This document shows positions 48,297 through 60,740 of a DNA stretch of 64,000 bases, piece by piece; within the stretch, counting starts at the first letter, position 1, and the number at the start of each line of letters is the position of its first letter. Source of the stretch: Carcharhinus amblyrhynchos (taxonomy: Eukaryota). The translations under genes and the position numbers were made by a program. The DNA lies in contig OZ336874.1 of NCBI GenBank assembly GCA_965287045.1, positions 77,004,001 through 77,068,000 of the forward strand, read 5' to 3'. The notes beneath the pieces were generated by a model. The model saw only the letters and a list, made by a program, of their open reading frames with translations. It ran no database searches and had not been told where the DNA came from.

Positions 48297-48480
48297 ATCC
48301 TTAATTCCCTGAGAGACAAACTCTTGTATATCCCAGCCTTAAGTATATTAAACAATGGTACATTCACAACCCTCTAGGGTAGAGAGTTGCAAAGATTTAT
48401 AACCTTCTGAGTGAAGCAATTTTTCCTCACCTCAGTCCTAAATAATTGATTCCTCATTGTGAGGCTATGCCTCCACATTT
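48297..48480 (-). mobile_element. CR1 LINE 3' region fragment
   Basis: GGGTAGAGAGTTGCAAAGATTTATAACCTTCTGAGTGAAGCAATTTTTCCTCACCTCAGTCCTAAAT matches about 30368-30433. Confidence 0.8.
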
Positions 48481-48488
48481 TAAATAAT

Positions 48489-49142
48489 AGGCTGAACTGT
48501 TGGAGTGACAATCAGTTGGGAAGTTACTGGGTGAGGTGGTAGTTCAAACAATTGGAGAATTGGGGGGGGGGGGTGGAATTCAGTCAGAGTTATTAGGAGA
48601 GCTTGGATAGTCAAAGAGGGGCTCAGGCAGCCAGGGTGGAGGGTGCTGACAGCTGGGCATAGGGGAACTGGCTGACAGTGGGACAGCTGGGCAGTTACTA
48701 GTGTGGAGAAGTGGGGAAACTAGTGTTTTGGTGGGGAGGTGTGGAGTCCCTGGGGGAGCTTTCTGGGCATTCAGTGAGTCCTGTTGGTAGTCCTGCAGTG
48801 ATGGTTGGGGGGAGTCCCCTAGGTTTTGGCTGGGGGAGTGTGGAGCCTCAAGGAGAGTTGGCGTTACTCTGTTCAATTGTTACCCAGAAGCTACAAGTGG
48901 TTTTAATTCCTGTAACTTTTTTTGGATCACTATTGCCCTAATAGAATTAGAACCATCTGAAGTTGGCAATTTTTTCTGCGTTTTTGGGTGGCTGCAAGTG
49001 CTAAGCAGTTGCCCATCAGAAGTTTGCATTTCCCAGGCACTGTCTGTGCAAACCTTACTTGGGAATTTCCAGGAAGAGGGGTACCACAGCACATCTTTGC
49101 GATACTCCCATTACACTGCTCTTGATCTCAGAAGTTATGCCC
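48489..49142. mobile_element. Degraded long MITE-like element
   Basis: Ends AGGCTGAACT / AAGTTATGCCC; G-rich interior as in other long MITEs. Confidence 0.4.
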
Positions 49143-50519
49143 AAATCTCTCAGCATCCATCCTATCAAGCTGCTTCCAAATTTTGCTGTTTTGAAATGAG
49201 GTTGCCTCACTTCTAAACTCCATTGACTAAATATTACTTAGTACGCAACTTGTACACTAAACTAGAGAAAAGGTGTCCCCCCCACCCCAGCCGGCTTAAC
49301 TTCCTAACGCAAACAAAAACTCCATGCTGCATTTACACATTACATCACACACTCTGCAGATTTGTAGTCTTTATAGGAATCATTCCAAAATTACTGCCAG
49401 CTTCTGTAATGGTCCCTGTAAGAACATTTAGATTTGAATGCCGAATAATCAACTGAAAGAAATTACGCCACAAAATTTCACATTACATAAATTACTGCAT
49501 TTAAAAAAAGCATGAACTACTAATCTTTCTTTGTCTTAGGTAATTTATTTTTTAAGTCAAGAAGTACAAGAAAACTCAGCCACAGATGCATTACATTGTA
49601 TGCTCAATTCAAACTTCCCTTTTTAATGATTTGCTCTAGAGGTCTTTAGCTATTTATCCGGTTCTTGAAAACTATCTGTTTTGTTGAGACCAACTTCAAA
49701 CTTTTCCAATGCTGCCTTAAGGTCTGAGACTTTTCTGCTTGAGACTGAGCTCCACTTATAATTCATGAGCATTGGCTTAAATAGAAAATTAGAAAACATC
49801 CCTGATTTTCTAATAGCTCTATTCTCCTGGTCCACAGCAGTTTTAGAGCTCCTGTAGACTTTGTCTCTTTGCCTTCTTCCAGCTGACTGCTTGTTTTCAC
49901 TGAAGATTCCTGTGGATTTATTCCTCTAGCTCCAAGTTAAACAATTCTTTTACCTTCACGAATTGTCTCCAAATTAGGCACATGTTCCCACGTGCATTTC
50001 ATTTTTTTCTGCTTAAGATGCAGACCTGGATAACATTTATCTCCTTTTTCACCCTCGACGCAGTGATCTGCAGACTGTACCAAAATCAGCTGCAACTGCC
50101 ATTTTCTGCTTGTGAGCAAAATAATACACTGGGAAAATAAAAGTAACCTCCCCACCCCACAACCCATCCCCATGCAATGTGGCTGACTGGAGATGTCCCA
50201 AATGGAAACATAAATTAACAATCTATTATCTTCAAAACAATCCCTTTGTGCCCATGAATAATTTGTATCTCTGGTGTTCATGGCCCTCTCTCCAGACTCC
50301 TGAGTTTCACTGAGAAACTCCCTTACTTACAAAGGTGCTGTTAGCTTCTTTGATGTGGGAACTATATGAATAATCAAAAAACCCTTATTGAAATAACTGG
50401 AAACCTCCTGTGCCTTCCATAGAAGATCATACATGGGCCATTCATTGGATAGGTTTTTTCCCTTCTAATCTGACCTTGAGAAATAAACACTTTGCCCCAT
50501 GTATGATTCCCTCCCCAAC

Positions 50520-50665
50520 CCCCTCCAACTCTCTCTCTATCTTTTTGCTTTAAGATGCCTCTCAAAACCCTCCTCTTTGATCTGATATCTCCTTATTTGG
50601 CACAGTATTTAATTTTGCCTTAGTATCTTAGTACATTAAAGGTTCTACATAAACATCAGCTGTTA
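50520..50665 (+). mobile_element. L2 LINE 3' end
   Basis: CTTTAAGATGCCTCTCAAAACCCTCCTCTTTGA..ATATCTCCTTATTTGGCACAGT..TACATTAAAGGTTCTACATAAA. Confidence 0.65.
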
Positions 50666-53600
50666 CTTATGGAGGAGATTGTACTGCACTTCAGCAAATC
50701 CCTGCCTGAAGGCTGAAGTTCCTAGCAAACCTCTTATAGAAGTTCCTATCTCAAAATCATTTAACTTGATTTCCACTCCCTCCCCAGTTTGTTTGAAACT
50801 GAGATGGGAAAACTCACATGGGACTACTGTAAAAAGCTGAAGCAATTCTCCAGTGAATTCAAACTGAAAATCAAAATCAAAGTCATCATGTGTGGACTTG
50901 CATCCCAATTTTTACTTTTCCATTAAAATCCACAGGAGATTGGCATCAGCCGCTCATTTGAATTTGATGTGAATCTCCTACTTGAATAGGTGGGCCTTTT
51001 AAATAGCTGCAGACTTGGGGTAATCTGCATTCTAAAACCTGGGGTCAGTGGTGGCACAGTTGTGTAATTTATTTGGGATCATTTTGATCAAAATGGAATA
51101 TGATCTAGATTTTCATCAAAGCATAAAGTAGATTTGATATGCTGAAGCAAATTCTACTGCACCGAGACCTATAGTCTGCATTGAATCACACATCATTTTG
51201 AGTTAATCTGTCCTGTGCTGAATAAATCATTGTAACTGCACAGCGCATCAGGAAATCCAAAAAGGGAAAATGCCATTTAGTCCACTTGCTATTCTTCTTT
51301 GGAAGCAAGTCTGATTTATGCTCTCATGGACTTTTCTTAGTTTCTTTCATTTACTGAGGAAGGTTAATAAACACAAGGAGAAATGGAATGAAGAAAACTT
51401 CAAAACTCTGTTCTAACCCCAAAGGAAATGAAATCATCTCACCTGATTGACGATGCAACTCAATGTGGATGAATGCAAATTGTCTGTGGGCAATTGAGAA
51501 GCAGAAGGAGAAAGGACAGATGCAGCAAAGTATAACCACAGAAGATTTCTTCAGGGAGGCAAGGCTAAGGAAAGAATTACAGACAAAGGATAAAAATCTT
51601 GTTGGGTTTGCTGGATCAGAGAAGCAATGGGGTTTGGCGATAATAAGAATGTAGAATTTGGCAGTAAAAAGGATTCCAGGCCATCAAGTTTTGGATTTAT
51701 TTCAGTTTGTGAATAACAGAGGTTGACATAAAGCACGTTCAAGAAATGTTAGACATATGCTTAGAATAAACATCTAGTTAGCAGTCAGCCTGATATAGGT
51801 AAAAGAATAGCTTAAAGATCAATTTTTCAACAAACAAACCAGTGGAATGATTATTCTTTGGTGATGTTGACTATCCATCAATGCTGAAAGGGGTCACAAA
51901 TGGACAGACTCTCTGCCGTAGTAGGAGAGCAATGGACATACACTTAAAGCAAATAACCATGTTTCAAATCTCTGCCAGGCTTTTCATTTAACCTTGCTTT
52001 AGTAAGATGCTTGCTGCAATGCATATGTTAATTATTGTGTGAAAACAGAAGTTACTTTACTGAACACTCTATGGTCTGATAAGAAATGAGACCATTTAGA
52101 CTCTAGCCATTGTGAACAGCTCGTTAACAAGCCAGTGTGAATAATAAAACTCCCTGAAAGGTTAGTTGAAGTCTGGGAATGAGGTGAAAGGGAGTTATAA
52201 AACCAGTCATGGGGAATAGCCAAGGTTGAGATGAGGAAATGTGATGTAAAGGCCTGGTTGACCAAAGACAGGCCTGATTTTTTTTTTGTGTAGAGGAAAC
52301 TGGTGCTGGAATGTGGAATCCTTTTCCTCTCTATTTTCTTTGGGGTGGGTTATCATTTGCAGATCAATAATTCATTGAGGAGACTGCACATATAAAAGTG
52401 TAATCTACTTGTAGAAGTTTCTCTCCACCACCTACTAGCAATGTCTCTTGCTTTATACCTTTTTCCCTGGATACCCAAATGTATTATTGATTCTGTCTTG
52501 TTGCTCCTTAAATATATCTTTATTACAGATTGCCAAATAATATATTACATTCTTTGTCTAAACCATGGCTGAATTAGAACATTTATGAGTGAAACCATGA
52601 GGGGGTGATGGATATTAGAGGAGAGGGCAACCATAAGTATATTAGACAAGAGGTTAGTGAGAATGGGAATTCAATCCTATTGCACCTTTGCTTGTGTACA
52701 TTATGACAATGGAAAGCGGTTTCATTCTCTAGTACACATACAAAAGCTTGGGATGACAGATAAGCCTACTTAAACCCTTTGAGCGTTACAAGAATCTTCC
52801 TGCAGGTATCCAGTAAAGCAGATGGGTTTAACACTGAGTTTAGTAGCAGAGTGCTGTGCACAATGCTGTTATCTTTTATACCATAGTCACTCAGCAATGG
52901 CAGCATTAAGGACAGAAGGAGTCTCTGGTTTAACACAAGGTGCAAAAATGCTCCACAGACATGAACAGAGTGCTGCACTTAATAGCATTACACAGCTGGA
53001 TTGTTTAGAGGTAGACTTTACATGACGGTATTAAAATATCGATTATTTTTAACAAGTTAGAGTCCGATGTTGGCTTTGCGTGCCTTTACTACTTAAAATG
53101 ACAAACATCCCCAGTAATTCTGAACTCCTTTACATTACCATAGCAAATTGATGGCAAGGATCTTGAGTAGTGAATGGGAAAATTGCACGAAAAATGGTAA
53201 TATGATTCACTCTGCTTTGTCACAATTATGCACACTTCATCAGTTTTGACACGGGCGTAATAATACTTAAACTGTTTAATAGCTCAACCTTTTCGACCAA
53301 AAAAAATGCAGTCTTAATTTATCTTCATTTGTCTTTCTGTTCTGTCAGGCAAATAACTAAGAAGACTAGGGAGACATTCTGAGTCATTGTGCTTTCATTA
53401 CTCCCTATTTTGGTGAGAAAGATGAATGACGTTTCTGTCGTTGGCACATGAACAAATATATCGATACAAATAACATTTGAGCAGCGTTTGTCAGGACTGA
53501 GTAAGGAAGATGAGTGATTTCACCTCATGTGATTTGGATAGAAGGTGACCAGAATGAAACTTCAGATTTTATCCAGGGTTGTGAATGTATTTAAATTTGC

Positions 53601-54376
53601 AATAACATAACTGATAAATTGTTACTGTAAAACAACTGGAAAGCAGGCCAAATTACAAACCAGAACTTCTCTTTTGCTAAACACTGTGACCAATTTGAAT
53701 GCCAATAGTTACCTCATCAGAACAGTTGGGTAATTTTCTGTTTTAAAAAAAACACTACTATGGTGTAATGAATTTGGGCACAGCATATGTGAAAATTTCA
53801 ACTTCTTGATATAAGATGATATAATTTATCTGGAACTTTCATTTTCTGTAAAGTTTTTTTCAGCCCTGCTGTAATTATAGCTCATTGTTTCCAACAGACG
53901 TTGTACAATTCCAAACATTACAGATTACCCTGGCACACTCTCTCTGACTGGAGAATACTGTGTGCTTGGGCTGATTTCACCAGACAGAGCTGGGTTTTAT
54001 CACGGAAAGAGCCTGTGTAAATACTAGCTGTGGTTTTGCTCTAAAGATAACGCAGTAAATGTGAAACCGGTGGAAGTCCAAAGGTTCTTTATAGCATGAG
54101 AAGGTTACTCGCACCCCTGCAGCATTTTCGGTTGTACTGGCTGCGCTCCTCAGAATTTCCATTTTTTTTCCCCCCAGGTATTTTTGTCAAAACCCCGAGT
54201 ATATAAAATGTTTGCAATCCACAATTATGCATTATTTTTGTCAGACCAATTCTTCTGTTTTGTTGCAAATACTGTCATCAAGTCAAACAGGATTCTTGGG
54301 TAGGGGCTAGAAGGGAAGGAGGAGAAGAGGAGGAAGGAAAAATGAGGTGTGAAAAATGTTAAAAGGGAAGAGGGAC

Positions 54377-54658
54377 TAAGTTTAAGACAAGTAGGCTTAC
54401 AGTGACACTGCAATGAAGTTGTTGTGAAAATCTCCCTAGTTGCCACAATCTGGCACCTGTTTGGGGTACATTGAGGGATAATTTAGCATGGCCAATGCAT
54501 CTTACCAGCACGTCTTTCGGACTATGGAAGGAAACTGGAGCACCTGGAGGAAACCCATGCAGACACTGGGGAAATGTGCAGTCACAGACAGTGACTCAAG
54601 CTGGGAATTGAACCCAGATCCCTGGCACTGAGGCTGCTGTGCTAACCATGTGCTGCCC
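54377..54658 (-). mobile_element. HE1-like V-SINE, tail B
   Basis: ACAAGTAGGCTTACAGTGACACTGCAATGAAGTT tail; GGAGCACCTGGAGGAAACCCATGCAGACAC; GGGAATTGAACCC. Confidence 0.9.
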
Positions 54659-55116
54659 ACAGTCAGTGCAAAATGGGAGTGGATGACAGAGATGATTAAG
54701 AAGGGAGTGGAAGAAATGGGATGGGATGGTGAGAAAGCAGGTAAGGGGAATGCTAATATGGGATCAGAAGGAAGGAAAAAATAGTGAGGGGTTCACCTTA
54801 TCAGGAGAACATTTATTGGCATAGTACCTCAACAGTTGGACGGTTGGCAAAGCTCCTTGCAGGGTTTGTAATGGAAACTTATCTTGGGGACTTTGGAGAA
54901 AGCAGCTCAGCAAGAAGAAACTTGTAATTTAAAGATGACCCAGTTCTTCCACACGGAAGAGTTCTTTTTTAAAGAAGAAAATGAGGACGACACTCACCTT
55001 TACTGTTCAGGCTAATCAATGAACATTTAGCAAGTTTTCCAAAGCAAAATCAATACAGTGCAGAGGCCAGAAATCTGAAATAAAAAGAGAAACGCTCAAC
55101 AGGCCTGGCAGAATCC

Positions 55117-55722
55117 TTTTCTCAATTCTTTCACGGGATATGGGTGTCGCTGGCAAAGCCAGTCTGTCTTGCCCACCCCTAATTACCCTTGAACTAAATG
55201 GCTTGTAGACAGTTAAGAGTGCAGTTAAGAGCCAACCATGATGCGGTGGATCTGGAGTCACATGTAGGCCAGAATGAATGAGTATGGCAGTTTTCCTTCC
55301 CTAAAGGACACAGTGAAACAGATGGTTTTTGCAGCAATCAACAATGGTTTCATGATCACACTTACTGAAACTAGGCACTGTGGTTAGCACTACTGCCTTA
55401 CAACGCCAGGGACCTGGGTTCAATTCCTGGCTTGGGTCACTGTTGGTGTGGAGTCTGCATGCTCTCCCTGTCTGTGTGGGTTTCCTCAGGGTGCTGTGGT
55501 TTCCTCCCACAGTACGAAAGATGTGCTGGTTAAGTGCATTGACCCTAACAGGCGCTGGAGTGTGGCGACTAGGGGATTTTCACAGTAACTTCATTGCGGT
55601 GTGAATGTAAACCGTACTTGTGACTAATAAATCAACTTTAACTCACTTAAATTTCACCAGCTGCCCGAGTCCCCAGGGCATTAATCTGGTTTACAAATCC
55701 AGTGACATTACCACTAACCACT
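55117..55722 (-). mobile_element. tRNA-derived SINE, second family, split by HE1
   Basis: GGGATATGGGTGTCGCTGGC tail, CCCTAAAGGACA body, head AATCCAGTGACATTACCACTA. Confidence 0.8.
55374..55640 (+). mobile_element. HE1-like V-SINE, tail B (short-body)
   Basis: GTGGTTAGCACTACTGCC, GGGTTCAATTCC, GGCGACTAGGGGATTTTCACAGTAACTTCATTGC..GTGACTAATAAA. Confidence 0.9.
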
Positions 55723-56759
55723 GTGAATCTATGGAGAGAGAAATGAGAGTTAACATTTCCGATTGATGACCTTACTTCAGAAACAGGTCTCCAGATTTGT
55801 TTGTGATGAGGACTTGATTCCTTAGCATAATCTTTCATGAAATAGAACTGAATAGCAATAGGGAATCAAATCTATCACCAACTGGTTTTCTACCCCCCCG
55901 CAACTCTCACCCCACCAACTCCCTTCATCCCTGCTGTTGCGTGCACTTTCCACCATTTGCATGTCACTGGGGAAAAGGAGTAGAACGTGAGCCCTTATCT
56001 GGTACGCGGTATCCTGCTCACTTATTTGTGCAGGCCATTGTTTTGCTGAGGCCTACAAAACTGAGGCCTTACTGATTTTTGAGGCTCTCTAACTTGTTTT
56101 CATGCCCGCAATCTCCTTTAATTCTGCAGTGGAGGTGGTTATTGCTGATCTTGAGGCATGTTAGATGCACACTGCTGGACTATAAAGTCAGTGAATTTCT
56201 AATGATGCACGAATATATGTAACTGAGAAAAGAATCTGATTATAATCAAGTAAACATTTAATTTTAATACAGGACTTCCAGTTCCTTTTGTTATTTACCA
56301 GGATGTTATTGGATGTTAGAAGGTACTTCACACTGGAAAATAAACAGGAAGATGTTTAAAGTTTGCTCTAAAGAGGGTAATGATTGCAGTGCAATTTTGC
56401 AGGTGGGAATACCGTTTGTTTCAGTTATTTATTATGGACAGTTAGTTTATACAGGAGAAGGTGCACTCCTCCAGATCTCTCTCAGCCCAGGTTACAGAGC
56501 TAACATTGATCAAAAGGGGTCTGACAACGAACACTCAAGTGGGGGGTGGGGTGGGGGAGGTGACTCTGTCTGCCTGTGTCTGGAGGAGGTATCATTTTGT
56601 GAATTTTAAGTGCTCTTTTCCAGTGGTATCTGAGTTCTGTTGATTTTAAACAAAACAACTAAAATAATTAATGAGGTCTGATCCTCATGAACATTGGAGC
56701 AGCAGACATAAAACATGATTCGGTTAAGGTATTTGGCCTCCGTCTACCCACGTGCTGGA

Positions 56760-56920
56760 TAAGCACAGGGAGAGTTTTGGAACAAGAGAGGGGAAATGTC
56801 TTTGCACCAAGTGCTGTGACAGAGTGGAATTCACTTCCAGGATGAGTGGTTGAGGCAGAATTGTCAAAATTGGGGTTAGATTGGGAAAGTGAATGAAGGA
56901 AAAAGAGATGATGTGGGAAC
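56760..56920 (+). mobile_element. Old CR1 3' region relic
   Basis: AGAGTGGAATTCACTTCCAGGATGAGTGGTTGAGGCAG corresponds to WNSLP..VVEA. Confidence 0.5.
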
Positions 56921-57321
56921 AGAAGTGTTCAGCACGACTTATTCACGTAGAGAGTAAATAGGGGCACAAACCCGTTCTCCTGAATGACCTGTTTCGGTGT
57001 TAACATCTATGCATTGATGCTGGAAGTGCAGTGTACTTATACAGGCCTCAAAGACTTGATTTTGGGTTGGCTGCATGCTTTTGATGGTCAGATTGCACAA
57101 ACTTGCAGAGATTGATGGGTGCATTGGACTGACTGGTTTCCTTTACCTGGAGCTGACATGAACTTGATGGCCACTTTTTTACTTGGAAGTAGGAAATTCT
57201 CTGACAGCCCTATAGGTAAACCAAGTGTTGGAATGACACTGCCCCTAACTGTCTTGTTTGAGTGCAATCACTGGGCCTGCAACTAAAGCAGGGGCAGGTG
57301 ACCTGCATCTTGCCTAGGGAA

Positions 57322-57530
57322 GGTGACTGTGTGGGTTTCCTCCGGGTGCTCCAGTTTCCTCCTGCAGTCCAAGGATATGCAGGTTAGGTGGATTGGCCAT
57401 GCTAAATGTGTGGTATTGCGGGGATAGGGCTGGATGGGGTGAGGGTGGGTAAGATTCTGTTTCGGAGAGTCAGTGCAGGCTCAATGAGCTGAATAGCCTG
57501 CTTTTGCGCTGTGGAAATTGTATGGTTCTC
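57322..57530 (+). mobile_element. HE1-like V-SINE, 5'-truncated, tail A
   Basis: GGGTTTCCTCCGGGTGCTCCAGTTTCCTCC..GGTTAGGTGGATTGGCCATGCTAAAT..TCAATGAGCTGAATAGCC. Confidence 0.88.
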
Positions 57531-58349
57531 TGGGAAAGCCCTGGACCCAGGACAACATAGGAGGCTCAGAATCATGAGTCATTAACATCTAGCAATTTTT
57601 CTTTTTTCAAATTTCTTGATTTCCCTGAGGACAGATTGAGTAACTCCAGTAGGTCTAGACACAGTCTCTATTCATTAATGGGAGAGGCACTTATATTGTT
57701 TCTCCTAGTTTTTCTACAGTTCTTCGGGCCACAAATCTTCCGCCTAGTCAGCATCAGACCATGTGAAGCTTCCTCCTTTCAGCAAAAACAGGCAGCAATT
57801 CCCTGGCCATTTCATCCCCACTTGTAAGAGAGAGGGGGTATGACCAAAGCATTTACAAGGTCTGCTCTACTAAACTTGGTGTTTTGAGGCCTTGACAAAC
57901 ACAGCACATCTTGGATATCAGGGCATGTCCAAAAAAAACAAAAAAAACTTGGGAAATGACTGGTTCTGGTCTGAACTGATCGTGAATACCTTTAAAATGG
58001 GATGCCAGTTCAGTTCAGTACCAGTTATTTCCATACTTCTCTAGTGCTTCCTTCTGGGTAGGCAGAAAGGGGATAGGAGCATTGGCCGCAGTGCCTCCTT
58101 CCGTGAGTTCCTGGCTCGTTTATAGCTCTGTGGCTAGGATTAGCCTCCCTTGAAATCTCTGGTTTTGTCCTCCAATCTGGTTCTTGTGCTCTGGACTTGA
58201 AGAGTTTTATGGCGTGGCACAGGGCATTATAACACTTACAATATCCTTTTTCCTGCTGAGGACTAATGATTGAACCGAATGATGTAATGTGATGTGTACA
58301 AATGCCACCAGAAAAGATTGCTTAATGATCCTGTCAGTTGTGATGGTAC

Positions 58350-58520
58350 CATAGAATCCCTGCGAAAGCCCACGAAATCTGCAAGACCATCTTACCCAGG
58401 CTCACCACCACCATACACCTCCCCCCCCCCCCCCCCCCCCCCCAAACTCATCTATCCCTGTAACCTGTAACCCTGTGCATTTACCATGGTGAATCCACCT
58501 AACCTGCACATCTTTGGACT
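58350..58520 (-). mobile_element. HE1-like V-SINE 3' part, tail A, with poly-C expansion
   Basis: CATAGAATCCCT..ATCCACCTAACCTGCACATCTTTGGACT. Confidence 0.85.
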
Positions 58521-59989
58521 GATTAATGTTTTAAGGCTGTCTTCAGAGTAAATACAAAATAGAGTTGTGTTTTACACTTTCTATAGATCTGCTGCTGAAT
58601 GTAAGTCTGTGTGCATATATATATATATGGTGTGACAGTCCCATCCTGTTGTGTATAACAAGATTCCATGGTTTCCATCCACATTGATTTTGAATCCCAC
58701 TGGAAAATGTTGAAAAAAAACCTTTAACCCAACTGCATAAATTTTTTATGTCAGTGACATTGTTTGAATTTTTTTCAGTCTTAAGATTTGCAGCTCAAAT
58801 TTGACCTTTCTAGGTCCTACAGAAATGTCCATGTTGCCATTGCCTTGCTTAAGAGAACATCCACACAAATTTCATTGCTCACCCTCAGGAATTCTCGCTG
58901 GCAGAATAGGATTCGCACAAAGGAATTTGTATAAGTGTTTTGTTAATACCAGCCATGGTTATCGGATTGAAGCCCAATTATTGTGCCCACATGTTTGACT
59001 CACTTTAATTTGTACATAACCAACCCGTATAAAATGTGATTGATTCTCTAAACATTATCCACTGCACACCAATAGACAGAGCATCTCTCAAATGAGAGAA
59101 AAGTCTCCTGATTACACAATGACAATGAACAGACACACACTCCCTTCCTTTGAGAAATGTGGTGCATTGCAATCTGGACTCACATACCAACAGGGTTGTC
59201 AATCAAGTTAAGTCAAACAATATTAAACAAACTGGGCAAGCACATTACTGAAATGACCCTTCTGAATGTGCTCAGAAGAAAAAGAGTTTGCTAATTGGGT
59301 GGAAGTGTGTGCAAACACGGAGAGCACGAACAGTAATAAGTAGCTTTAGTCTTCTGGCAACGTCTGCTAATACTCTAGGCCCTCACTGCAGTTGGGGCCC
59401 TTTTTTTTTTCAATTTCCTTCCATCCTTTTGCTGTAGGTAGAATGGCTCCATGGATGCTTGCTGCTCCCTGTTGTCCCTTTCAAATGTCTGTTTACTTTG
59501 CCTTAAACGAGAGAGTAAATGTTAACTCGCTATACAATCATGAGAACGCATCAGAGTCAAAGCAAATCCTGCCCGTACCCAATATGCATGTGGTATCTTG
59601 CAGCAGTGACAATTTGGCTTTTAATTCATCTTCACAGAGAAGTAGCAGTTTCATCAAATTAAAGGAGGTCATTATCTTCAGAAATATTTTTGGCTTACAA
59701 GCTGAAACTTAAAATAACTGAACTGTCCATCACTGACAGCATGCAGAGTGCTGCTGGAATGGTGATCCAAAGGCTGAGCTTTTGGGATTATTTTGATGAA
59801 TTCAAATAACGTGACCTCCAAGTAGCTTCTGTCTGTAGACTCAATGCCTCACACTGTACAGACTGCAATGGTTGAACCCTGTAGGACAGTTACTACTGCC
59901 TGCTGTTGTAATTATCATGGGTAGAGTGGCAGTCAAGCAAACAGGGCTAAGCTGTTATACTATCCACCTCTGTGACTGACCTAAATCTA

Positions 59990-60740
59990 ATGCCACTGAA
60001 ACCATTGTCACCTCTGGGCATTCGAACACCTTCCGTGCTGGCCTCAAATTCACCATTAAACTCCAACTTGTTTGAAACTCTAGTACACGTATTCTGTCTC
60101 CCTTAGCCCTGTCTTGCACACCTGAACTGATTGACCCAATATTCATCCCCCTCACCTAACAATCCTGTTTTGCATACTCTGTAGTCCAAAGATGTGTGGG
60201 TTAGGTTGATTGGCCATGTTAACTTGACCCTAGTGTCAGGGGGATTAGCAGGGTAAATATGTGGGGTTCCAGGAATGGGGCCTGGGTGGGATTGTAGTCG
60301 GTCCAGGTTTGATGGGCTGAATGGCCGCCTACTGTAGGGATTCTATGACCTACATTGTTCCCCCCCTACCTAAATGTGCAAAATTTAAAATTCGCATCCC
60401 CAGTTTTAAATTCCTCCCAACGCTCATTTCTTCCTGTCCCTGTTACCCACACTAGTCCTTTATCAGCATTCCCCTTCCTGAGCATTTGCTTGGCATGAAT
60501 GTTCTCTGTCACTTCATCCTTCTGACTGTCTGGCTTCTACTTTTCAGAACCTCCTTCCTAATTCTCTCTACCTCTGTCTTTTCCTTTAAAACCTGTTTAA
60601 AACACATCTCCTTAGCCAGACCACTCCAGATGGAGAGGCTTTCATGTCTGACTGTCTGTCCTTGCACTGATCTATGAACTGCTTTGGGACATTGATTTCT
60701 GCATTAAAAACATTATATGTGAATTAAGTCTATTGTTGAA
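59990..60740 (+). mobile_element. Degraded L2 LINE 3' region, interrupted by HE1
   Basis: TTGTCACCTCTGG..CTCCAACTTGTTTGAAACTCT; TTTAAAATTCGCATC; CCTTTAAAACCTGTTTAAAACACATCTC; TTTGGGACATT..GTCTATTGTTG. Confidence 0.55.
60181..60348 (+). mobile_element. HE1-like V-SINE, 5'-truncated, tail A
   Basis: AGTCCAAAGATGTGTGGGTTAGGTTGATTGGCCATG..GATGGGCTGAATGGCC..ACTGTAGGGATTCTATGA. Confidence 0.9.

Larger units (their letters stand above)
55041..55782 (-). mobile_element. Penelope-like family B arm split by SINEs (parts 55041-55116 and 55724-55782)
   Basis: AAAGCAAAA..GAAATCTGAAATAAAAA..CAGGCCTGGCAGAATC and ATGGAGAGAGAAATGAGAGTTAACATTTC..GATGACCTT. Confidence 0.6.

Noticed and set aside
49650-49930. 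Minus-strand ORF VDQENRAIRK..KVSDLKAALEKFE as an L1 ORF1 or host exon
   Set aside because: Only a vague likeness to DLENRSRR; no downstream ORF1 motifs or convincing splice sites.
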